From the NCBI GenBank assembly GCA_051362555.1, contig CM120647.1, positions 3,162,001 to 3,226,000 on the forward strand: 64,000 bases of DNA. Direction: 5' to 3'. Made by a program: the position numbers and the translations under genes. A model generated the notes under the pieces. It ran no database searches and was not told where the DNA came from. It worked only from the letters and a program-made list of their open reading frames with translations. This document shows positions 52,854 to 64,000 of this stretch, one piece after another (positions within the stretch are counted from its first letter, which is position 1; each line of letters begins with the position of its first letter). This DNA is from Lingula anatina (taxonomy: Eukaryota > Animalia > Brachiopoda).

Positions 52854-54004
52854 TGATATTTGATTGCCTTGTTATAGCTCTCCAGGCTCCGCGCATAGTT
52901 CAGAAATGACCTAGAACATTGAGGGCCACATTCTGTCTTCCTTTTCTTATCTAACCAAATTAAATCAAGACAATATCTAATTGAGAGGTAGAATGGGGTT
53001 TAATAATTCTGCCAAACTGCCGGTTGTGTGGGACAGTATTTCATTAAATATAGGCCTACCCTTAACAAAATAACAAGTAAGACAACATGTGCGTATACAC
53101 CAGTCCATGGAGGGTGTCAACTACCAGAGTAGGCCTATAGAACTCAATCAAGACAGATAGGGCCTACATATAGGCCTACCGTCTGAGAAAATTGAAATAA
53201 AAAAGGAGTGTAAAAATAACTTCCTTCCTTTTAAATAATGAATAACAATGCTTATAAAATCAAATTCTTTTTAACCAATATATTATCAATTTATATTTGA
53301 ACTAAAAATCAAAAGATCTAGACTCTAGATCTAGGCCGAAATAGCTTGAACTGGGATGCGCTTGATGTGCCCCGATTCTCCTCCGATATAGTGTGTTAGT
53401 TGTGACAGATATGTTGATTGCGTTTTCACTGCGGGTCTTTTTTTTTTTTTTTCATCAACAGACTTGTTCTTTCGGATCGGAAAACTATTTTCAAGCATTT
53501 CGCACGTTATGGAATATATCTAGGAATATTAACGACGTAAGAAAATGTCATCTTCTCCCATTCAATCGCCACTGGCACCTCGCCTTACATATTCAAAGAT
53601 TCAGTGAAGATTTTTCGGGATTGGAAAGCGCGGAATACATGTAGTTTTGCAAGTTAACACAATCGAAAAGGAGTGCATTTTAGTTTATTGGGTAAGTATA
53701 AAGACTATTTGCTTCCCTTCTGATAAATGCTCTAAGACTTATAGTTTTTGATAACAGATAAATCTTATCTACATTCGTGTCTTTCATTCTGTTTCTACAA
53801 AATCATAGATCTAATCAACACAAAACGGTGTTCATTCATCTAAGTTGTCTTGAAATCAAAGTCGTCGGGGAGACATTCATTTGGGCTTGTTGTATACATG
53901 TCGACTCTCCCGGATAATCTGGGAGTCTCCCGGATACAGAACGAATCTGCCCGTCACCCGTACATGTAACCAAATCTCCCGGATAAAAGCGACTTTGAAA
54001 ATTT

Positions 54005-54350
54005 GCACCACTGTCAGCTAACGCCCTGTCGATGTAATTGTTGGGTGATCTCTTGAAAACTTCTCTTCTAATTGTTTGAGATAGGGGTCCCCCCCCCCCC
54101 CCCCGACTTTTACAAATTTTCACCACTGTCGGCTAACGCCCTGTCGATTTATTTTCAGAATAGTTGGGTGATCTCTTGAAAACTTCTCTTCTAATTGTTT
54201 AAGATAGGGGCCGGTCCCCCCTCCCCCCCGACTTTTACAAATTTTCACCACTGTCAGCTAATGCCCTGTTGATTTATTTTCAGAATTGTTGGGTGATCTT
54301 TTGAAAACTTCTCTTCTAATTGTTTGAGATAGGGGTCCCCCCCCCCCCAC
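54005..54350. repeat. ~120-bp tandem repeat, 3 copies
   Basis: CACCACTGTCAGCTAACGCCCTGTCGAT...GAAAACTTCTCTTCTAATTGTTTGAGATAGGGG. Confidence 0.9.
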
Positions 54351-57232
54351 ACACACACACTGAGCACCTGAGCACAACACCCCCCCTGGACACCTGGCAG
54401 GATCAGGTATACAATATATACATGTGTATATATATATGTGAGTGGAAAAGTAGGAAATCACGTGCCTAGAAAACTTAAATTATATCTTTCTTAGAATGTG
54501 TTTCCATAGTAACAAAACTTCCATGGATATATACCCATCTGTTGCAGCATGTTTGTCAAATATGGCCTTATGGGCTATTTAAAAATTTTTGAATGAAATT
54601 TTAGACATTTTGTAAAAACTGCTGCAATGTAAAACTTATAACACTGTTTTATCTCCCCAGGTGACTTTTGATCTAATTTTTTATTCAATATAACTGTTAT
54701 ATGATGATTCTAAAAAAATGTGACAAAATCCGTGTCTTGTTATTACAAATAGTAATGCAATAGGTGAAAATGTGTAGTCTATTCAAAAATTTACTTGGAC
54801 CTCAGTGAATCCAGTAGATTTCAGGAAACTGGTGGTGCAATTGGCCAGAAAGCTAAAAAGTTTATGGCAAAGATTGCAATAATAAAGGACCCTTTTTTCA
54901 AATTTAATGATCAATACAAAATTTACAAAAATGTAGCTTGGGCTATTTCTCTTTATGGTGTTTCATATACATGCATAAGATTTTCTTAAATACCTTTTTA
55001 ACCATCAGTTAAATTTACCTTTTTCGTGTCACATAACATCTACATCGTGCCTTTAGGTGAAAAAAGGGGGATAAATGCTGCCCCTTCCCATTGTGGCCTT
55101 AATGTCAAATATATACTGACAGTCAATGAAATTTGTATCACCTTAGTCTCTGTCACGGGAATCCTGACCAATGAGAATGGCTGAATAACTCGAGATCTAA
55201 GCAGACGATTCCTGTCATTCAACACACAAAATAAATTATTCTGGGAATGTTATGAATTCTTTGCATTCCTGCAAGTATAGCAATTTTCTATCTTGATGAA
55301 TGGCGATAGCTTTTAATTCCTCTAATTTTTGGTGATTGACCTATATATATCTTCGTGATTGGTGATTGACCTGTTTTAATTCTTCGTGATTGGTGATTAA
55401 GGGGGAGTATTTCTTACCCTCATTGAACTTGAATAGGATGTCATATACTGCCAATCTAACTGTGATCCTGAAATTGACCTTTGACCTAATTTTCACCACG
55501 AACTGAGCTTTGCAAATTTTCTATCCCTTATATCTCGAAAACTGGCGATATTTTCACTTTTTTTCAAACTTACTGTTCTTTTTCCAGATGAGCCTTTCCA
55601 TTAGACACAATCAACTTAATCAAAATTATTAATGTTTAGCTATTTTAGTCTGATAAATATATCACTTTTTAAAATCTAATTTCCATTTTTTTAAAATACA
55701 TTGTACATTTCTCTTCCAGATTACCTTTTCCATACAGCGTGGGGGCTTATTTGGTGAACTGATACTTCCTGTCTCGTCATGGCCAATTCCTATAGAAAAA
55801 ACAGGCAGCAAAAGACAATAGCAAGAGCAATGGATTGTGTCACCCATGTGTACAATAGATGGTAGGCAAGCTTTGGGACATTGTCAAATGGTGTGCTAAA
55901 CCCCAATTCCAAAAACAAATTGTAAGGAGGAATCTGCATCTGGTATTGGTAGTAAGGAGAAGTCTTGAATGGGTATATATTGTTTTCCACGGGACAATTA
56001 TGGGTAATTTGTCACCTCTTACACAAACAAACTCAAATCATAACATTTGATGTTTAATATGAAGCTAATTAGATGTTGTAAAATTGAAAAATAAGCTACA
56101 CTTCTATTACACACAGTCAGCTGATAAGCTTATCACAGATTTTTATTATTGTAAAGTATCATTTGTCCAAATTCCACAAATAATGGACAAGATTTGTCAA
56201 AATTATTAACGTTTAACTATTTTATACCTTGGAATTTGGCAGTCTTTTCAGTGATATTTTCAGTTTTCTCAAATATATTGTCCAAAAAAAAAAAAAAATC
56301 TTTTTCATTGAACCCAGTCAACTGATCAGCTTATCACAGATTTTAATTGATCTTAGGAATTATTTGTACAAATTTCACAAATATTGGACTAGATTTGTGA
56401 AAATATTAACGTTTAACTATTTTAATCCATGGAATTTGGCAGTCTTTTCAATGTCATTTTCAGTTTTCTCAAATTTATATGCTCTGAAAAAATCTTTTTC
56501 ATTGGACATTGTCAACTGTTGTGCTTTTTTCAGATTTTTATTGATCTTAAGCATGATATATACAAATTTCACAAATATTGGACAAGATTTCTCAAAATTG
56601 TTAATATTTAACTATTTTATGCCATGGAATTTGCTGGTCTTTTTAATGTTATTTTTAGTTTTCTCCAAATTATATGCTCTGAAAAAATCTTTTCCATGAG
56701 ACACAATCAACTGATGAGCTTATCACAGATTTTTATTGCTGTTATGCATCATCTATCCAAATTTCACAAACATTGGACAAGATTTGTGAAACTTATTAAC
56801 GTTTAACTATTTTAAGCCATGGAATTTGGCAGTCTTTTCAATGTAATTTTCAGATTTGTGAAACTTATTAACGTTTAACTATTTTAAGCCATGGAATTTG
56901 GCAGTCTTTTCAATGTAATTTTCAGTTTTCTCCAATTCATATGCTCTGAAAAATGATTTTCATGAGACACAGTCAACTGATGAGCTTATCACAGATTTTT
57001 ATTGCTGTTATGCATGACTTGTACAAATTTCACAAACATTGGACGAAATTTGTTAAAATTATTAACGTTTAACTATTTTAAGCCATGGAATTTGGAAGTC
57101 TTATTAATGTAATTTTCAGTTTTCTCAAATTTATATGTACCGAAAATATCCTTTTATTAGACAGTCAACTGTTAAGGTTAACTTTATAAAAATTCTTAAT
57201 GTTTAACTATTTCAGTCTGTGAAATTTGTCAA

Positions 57233-58900
57233 TTTTTATGTACAGACACAGATGTGTCTGTACATATTGCCATCACCTGCGTCTGTCGTCGCCGTCGCCG
57301 TTGTCGCTGTCGCCGTCGCCGTCGTCGCCGTGCACTTTCCTTGTAAACACGATAAGTGGAAGACAGTTTTACTTTTTGGCTTTATATTTACAGAGCTGAT
57401 GAATATTCATAAAATGCAGGTCAAGTTCGAAAATCAGCATGATCGGGCCATTATTGTAGAAGTTATGCTGTTTTTTCACTTTTCAGCATATATGCAACAC
57501 TGTAAACACATTTCAACAAAAATCGATAGGCCTGTTGTCATGAAACTCACAGGAAAAATTGATCTTACTAAAACGCAGGTCAAGTTCAAAAATCGGCATG
57601 ATCGGGCCACTATTTTAGTAGTTATGCTTTTTTTTTCACTTTTCAGCATATATGCAACACTGTAAACACAATATAAGAAAAACAGATAGGCCAATTGTCA
57701 TTAAACTCACAGGAGTGGTCATTCCTGCTAAAATGCAGGTTAAGTTCAAAAATCAGCATAATCGGGCCATCATTTTAGAAGTTATGCTGTTCTTTACATT
57801 TCCTTAGATTCAATTCTTAGGCATGTTAACAGTTTCATTATTTAATTAATAAGATATGTAAAAGTGTTTTTTTGACATTTCCTGCATCTTTACAACATTG
57901 TTAGTTGATTTTGTAAAAATGATTCTAAACTTGTTATTGTATATTGTGTAATAAAGTTTCAAAAATGGAAATAAACTCATATCATTGTAGTTTGTCAGAC
58001 TGAATCATTCACTATGTTCAGAATCTCAGAATGGAAGAAATTGGACATTTAACACTGCTCTATTGATATTTTTCCCATCTCATCAATTTTCTTAGTTGGT
58101 CATATAAAAATGGCAGTAAACTGTTAATTTTGTTTTATGTTAAAAATTGTTAAAAATGGAAATAAACCCATTTCAGAACAGTGCTGTCTTGTTTACATTT
58201 TGGCATTTTCAAGTTGTGACTTTGAAGTTCCATGGGCCTGAAGACCTTTGCTAGTCACATTTTCTGAATATCCATGATACTAATATTTTATTATTAAAAA
58301 TTGATGGTTATTATGCTGTTAAAAATTATGTAATATTGCATCAAAATTTGAAAAAAACCTTATTTGGGCACTGCTCCCATTGTGACCATTTAAGAAAAAC
58401 CATGTCAATTACTGTTCTCAAACAGTACAGTAAATATATATAAATGTGTCTGTACATATTGCAGGGGCGGATTTAGACCGTCTTCTGGGAGACGGTCAGA
58501 TTTTCAAGTTTACATTGATAGGTATCTTATTTTTTCTGTTGGAAGACGGTCAAAAATGGAAGATGCATCAATAAAGATAATTTGGAAGACTGTCAGAAAA
58601 TATATCTGGATCCGCCCCTGTATTGCCATCACCTGTGTCTGTCGTCGCCATCATCGCCGACGCCGGCGCCTTGCACTCTCATTGTAAACACGATAAGTGG
58701 AAGGCAGTTTTACTTTTGGGCTTTATATTTATAGAGCTGATGAATTTTCATAAAATGCAGGTCAAGTTCGAAAATCAGGATGATCGGGCCATTATTGTAG
58801 AAGTTATGCTTTTTTTTTCACTTTTCAACATATATGCAACACTGTAAACACATTTCAAGGAAAACCGATAGGCCTGTTGTCATGAAACGCTCAGGAGTAA
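57233..58900 (-). mobile_element. Two HINE-like (family B) copies, 57233-57800 and 58440-58900, interrupting the satellite
   Basis: TTTTTA plus hairpin TGTACAGACACA-GA-TGTGTCTGTACA, (GTCGCC)n tract, ~174-bp central repeats; a relic in opposite orientation at 35650-35720. Confidence 0.7.
58462..58620. mobile_element. hAT-like MITE, 5-bp TSD TATTG
   Basis: TATTG-CAGGGGCGGAT...ATCCGCCCCTG-TATTG; empty site with a single TATTG in the paralog at ~57265. Confidence 0.9.
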
Positions 58901-61900
58901 TCGATTCCAAAAATCGACATGCAGCCTGAGTTGGAAAAGCAGTCTAATTGGCTTCCTTTTCTGGAAGTTATGCATTTTCAAAGTGTGAACTTGAACTCCC
59001 ATGGGCCTGAAGCCTTATGCTTGTTACACATTTAACTTACGTTGGTATTACCTGTTGAGCATAATTAAAATTTGATGTTGAATTTGCAGCTTAACATAAT
59101 GTATTTTTGCATCAGAATTGACAGTAGCCTTTTTTGTTATTTCCTGCTTTTTGTCTGTACATTTGACAGCTTTGCTGCCTTGTTAAATTTTTCACTTTTT
59201 TCAAATATATTGTTCTTTTTCCAGGTGACCTTTTCCATACAGCGTGGTGGCTTTTTTGGTGAACTGATTCTTCCTGTCTAGTCATGGCTAATTCCTATAG
59301 AAAAAACAGGCAGCAAAAGACAACGGCAAGAGCAATGCTATGTCTCATGATGGTATGTGGGAAGCTTTAGGACATTGTCAAATGGTGTGCTAAACTCCGA
59401 TTCCAGCACCTCAAATCATAACATTTGATGTTAAATAAGAGCCTAATTAGATGTTGTGAAATTGAGAAAAAAAAACCTTTTTGATAATTCTCACTCTTCT
59501 CATACAAATTGTTAATAAGCTACACTTCTATTACACACAGTCAGCTGATAAGCTTAGAACAGATTTTTATTGCTTTTAACCATCATTTGTACAAATTTCA
59601 CAAATATTGGACTGGGTTTGTCAAAATCATCAATATTTAACTATTTTATGCCATGGAATTTTGCAGTCTTTGTAATGTAATTTTCAGTTTTCTCCAAATT
59701 ATATGCTCTAAAAAAATCTTTTCCATGAGACAGTCAGCTGATAAGCTTATCACAGATTTTTATTGCTGTTATGCATCATCTGTCCCAATTTCACAAATAT
59801 TGGACATAATTTGTGAAAATTATTAACGTTTAACTATGTTATGGCACCGCATTTGGCAGTCTTTTTAATGTCATTTTCAGTTTTCTCACAATTATTTGCT
59901 CTGAAAAATGTTTTTCATGAGACACAGTCAACTGATGAGCTTATCACAGATTTTTATTGTTGTTATGCATCATCTATTCAAATTTCACAAATATTGGACA
60001 AGATTTGTGAAAATTATTAACGTTTAACTATTTTAAGCCATGGAATTTGGCAGTCTTTTCAATGTCATTTTCAGTTTTCTCACATTTATATGCTCTCAGA
60101 AATGTTTTTCATGAGACACAGTCAACTGATGAGCTTATCACAGATTTTTATTATTGTTATGCATCATCTGTCCAAATTTCACAAATCTTGAACAAGATTT
60201 GTGAAAAATATTAACGTTTAACTATTTTAAGGCACCGCATTTTGCAGTCTTTTCTATGTCATTTTCTGTTTTCTCAAATTTATTGTCCAAAAAAATCTTT
60301 TTTATGAGACACAGTCAACTGATGAGTTTATCACAGTTTTGTATTGTTGTTATGCATCATCTCTCCAAAGTCCACAAACATTAGACAAGATTTGTGAAAA
60401 TTATTAACGTTTAACTATTTTAAGCCATGGAATTTGGCAGTCTTTTCAGTGTTATTGTCAGTTTTCTCAACTTTATTGTCCAAAAAAAATCTTTTTCATG
60501 AGACACAGTCAACTGATGAGCTTATCACAGATTTGTATTGTTGTTATGCATCATCTATCCAAATTTCACAAATATTAGACTAGATTTGTGAAAATTATTA
60601 ACGTTTAACTATTTTAAGCCATGGAATTTTGCAGTCTTAGCAATGTCATTTTCATTTTTTTCACATTTATATGCTCTGAAAATTCTTTTTCATGAGACAC
60701 AGTCAACTGATGAGCTTATCACAGATTTGTATTGTTGTTATGCATCATCTCTCCAAATTCCACAAACATTAGACAAGATTTGTGAAAATTATTAACGTTT
60801 AACTATTTTAAACCATGGAATTTGGCAGTCTTTTCAGTGTTATTGTCAGTTTTCTCAAATTTATTGTCCAAAAAAAATCTTTTTCATGAGACACATTCAA
60901 CTGATGAGCTTATCACAGATTTTTATTGTTGTTATGCATCATCTATCCAAATTTCACAAATATTAGACAAGATTTGTGAAAATTATTAACGTTTAACTAT
61001 TTTAAGCCATGGAATTTTGCAGTCTTTGTAATGTCATTTTCAGTTTTTTCACATTTATATGCTCTGAAAATTCTTTTTCATGACACACAGTCAACTGATG
61101 AGCTTATCACAGATTTTTATTATTGTTATGCATCATCTGTCCAAATTTCACAAATCTTGAACAAGATTTGTGAAAATTATTAATGTTTAACTATTTTAAG
61201 GCACCGCATTTTGCAGTCTTTTCAATGTCATTTTCAGTTTTCTCAATTTTATTGTCCAAAAAAATCTTTTTTATGAGACACAGTCAACTGATGAGCTTAT
61301 CACAGATTTTTATTGTTGTTATGCATCATCTATCCAAATTTCACAAATATTAGACAAGATTTGTGAAAATTATTAACGTTTAACTATTTTAAGCCATGGA
61401 ATTTGGCAGTCTTTTCAATGTCATTTTCAGTATTTCTCAAATTTATATGTTCTGAAAATGTCCTTTTTATTAGACATAGTCAACTGTTTAGGTTAAGTTT
61501 ATCAAAATTATTGTTCAACTATTTTAGTGTGGGAAATTTGTCAATTTTTAGAATTTAATTTTCACTTTTATCAAACATATTGTTCTTTTTCCAGGTGACC
61601 TTTTCCATACAGCGTGATGGCTTTTTTGGTGAACTGATTCTTCCTGTCTGGTCAGGGCTAATTCCTATAGAAAAAACAGACAGCAAAAGACAACAGCAAG
61701 AGCAATGCTATGTCTCATCCATGTGTACAATAGATGGTATATGGCAAGCTTTAGGACATTGTCAAATGGTGTGCTAAACCCTATTCCAGAAACCGATTGT
61801 AAGGAGGAATCTGCATCTGGTATTGGTAGTAAGGAGATGTCTTAAATGGGTATACATTCTTTTCCAGAGGACAATTATGGGTAATTTGTCACCTCTTACA

Positions 61901-64000
61901 CAAACAAACTCAAATCATAATATTTGATGTTTAATGCGAGTCTAATTAGATGTTTTGAAATTGAAAAAAAAAATATTGTAGATAATTCTCACTCTTCGCA
62001 TACAAAATGTCAAACAACTACAATTCTATCACGCACTGTCAACTGTTAAGCTTATCACAGATTTTTGTTATTGTTAAGCATCATCTCTCCAAATTTCACA
62101 AATGTTGAACAACTTTTGTGAAAATTATTAACGTTTAACTATTTTAAGGCACCGCATTTTGCAGTCTTCTCAGTGTCATTTTCAATTTTCTCAAATTTAT
62201 TGTCCAAAAAAATCTTTTTAATGAGCCACAGTCAACTGATGAGCTTATCACAGATTTTTATTATTGTTATGCATCATCTATCCAAATTTCACAATTATTA
62301 GGCAAGATTTGTGAAAATTATTAACGTTTAACTATTTTAAGCCATGGAATTTTGCAGTCTTTTCAATGTCATTTTCAGTTTTCTCACATTTATATGCTCT
62401 CAAAAATGTTTTTCATGAGACACAGTAAACTGATGAGCTTATCACAGATTTTTATTATTGTTATGCATCATCTGTCCAAATTTCACAAATCTTGAACAAG
62501 ATTTGTGAAAATTATTAACGTTTAACTATTTTAAGGCACCGCATTTTGCAGTCTTTTCAATGTCATTTTCAGTTTTCTCAATTTTATTGTCCAAAAAAAT
62601 CTTTTTTATGAGACACAGTCAACTGATGAGCTTATCACAGATTTTTATTGTTGTTATGCATCATCTATCCAAATTTCACAAATATTAGACAAGATTTGTG
62701 AAAATTATTAACGTTTAACTATTTTAAGCCATGGAATTCGGCAGTCTTTTCAATGTCATTTTCAGTATTTCTCAAATTTATATGTTCTGAAAATGTCCTT
62801 TTTATTAGACATAGTCAACTGTTTAGGTTAAATTTATCAAAATTATTGTTCAACTATTTTAGTGTGGGAAATTTGTCAATTTTTAGAATTTAATTTTCAC
62901 TTTTATCAAACATATTGTTCTTTTTCCAGGTGACCTTTTCCATACAGTGTGATGGCTTTTTTGGTGAACTGATTCCTCCTGTCTGGTCAGGGCTAATTCC
63001 TATAGAAAAAACAGACAGCAAAAGACAACAGCAAGAGCAATGCTATGTCTCATCCATGTGTACAATAGATGGTATATGGCAAGCTTTAGGACATTGTCAA
63101 ATGGTGTGCTAAACCCTATTCCAGAAACCGATTGTAAGGAGGAATCTGCATCTGGTATTGGTAGTAAGGAGATGTCTTAAATGGGTATATATTCTTTTCC
63201 AGAGGACAATTATGGGTAATTTGTCACCTCTTACACAAACAAACTCAAATCATAATATTTGATGTTTAATGTGAGTCTAATTAGATGTGAAATTGAAAAA
63301 AAAATATTGTAGATAATTCTCACTCTTCGCATACAAAATGTCAAACAACTACAATTCTATCACGCACTGTCAACTGTTAAGCTTATCACAGATTTTTGTT
63401 ATTGTTAAGCATCATCTCTCCAAATTTCACAAATGTTGAACAACTTTTGTGAAAATTATTAACGTTTAACTATTTTAAGGCACCGCATTTTGCAGTCTTC
63501 TCAGTGTCATTTTCAATTTTCTCAAATTTATTGTCCAAAAAAATCTTTTTAATGAGCCACAGTCAACTGATGAGCTTATCACAGATTTTTATTATTGTTA
63601 TGCATCATCTATCCAAATTTCACAATTATTAGGCAAGATTTGTGAAAATTATTAACGTTTAACTATTTTAAGCCATGGAATTTTGCAGTCTTTTCAATGT
63701 CATTTTCAGTTTTCTCACATTTATATGCTCTCAAAAATGTTTTTCATGAGACACAGTAAACTGATGAGCTTATCACAGATTTTTATTATTGTTATGCATC
63801 ATCTGTCCAAATTTCACAAATCTTGAACAAGATTTGTGAAAATTATTAACGTTTAACTATTTTAAGGCACCGCATTTTGCAGTCTTTTCAATGTCATTTT
63901 CAGTTTTCTCAATTTTATTGTCCAAAAAAATCTTTTTTTATGAGACATAGTCAACTGATGAGCTTATCACAGATTTTTATTGTTGTTATGCATCATCTAT

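Larger units (their letters stand above)
55560..64000. repeat. ~194-bp AT-rich satellite with an embedded ~320-bp cassette and a recent 1335-bp higher-order duplication
   Basis: GAGACACAGTCAACTGATGAG recurs at 59919, 60113, 60306, 60500 and onward; cassette starts at 55721, 59225, 61595, 62930; the array runs off the window end. Confidence 0.95.

Noticed and set aside
56229-57665. Hydrophobic 150-aa ORFs
   Set aside because: Translate AT-rich satellite and HINE repeats
61772-61785. GCTAAACCCTA as a telomerase RNA template
   Set aside because: Not an exact TTAGGG template, not conserved in other cassette copies, no pseudoknot seen
59919-63970. CTGATGAG in every 194-bp monomer as a hammerhead ribozyme core
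   Set aside because: No stem II followed by GAAA; the word is a variant of the palindrome TGATAAGCTTATCA seen in other monomers

Overview
AT-rich, repeat-saturated animal (eukaryotic) genomic DNA. The repeat repertoire suggests a marine invertebrate, plausibly a mollusc (inference). No intact host protein-coding gene is recognisable, and most ORFs in the supplied track are repeat artefacts. Protein-coding remnants I could read: a Penelope-like RT fragment (~4.3-4.6 kb), a CR1-group LINE with ORF1 and RT (6.5-9.8 kb), an intron-containing RecQ-like helicase pseudogene of an AcademH DNA transposon (25.4-26.3 kb, minus strand, missed by the ORF track), a CR1 3' end (32 kb) and an L2 LINE 3' half (37-38 kb). 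The window also holds many non-autonomous DNA elements: hAT-like with 5-bp TSDs, Kolobok-like TTAA, Harbinger/Tourist-like, MULE-like, Tc1/mariner-like, Helentron-type HINEs, and a 3.6-kb Academ element with ~780-bp TIRs. Tandem arrays have 62, 46, 30, ~120 and ~194 bp units. A spliced, apparently non-coding minus-strand transcript may run from ~39.2 kb to ~20.7 kb. Most notable observations: two diverged AcademH elements join a 46-bp satellite at the same TAATAC/TGAC register (possible satellite-targeted transposition), and a ~320-bp multi-hairpin cassette is periodically embedded in the 194-bp satellite.
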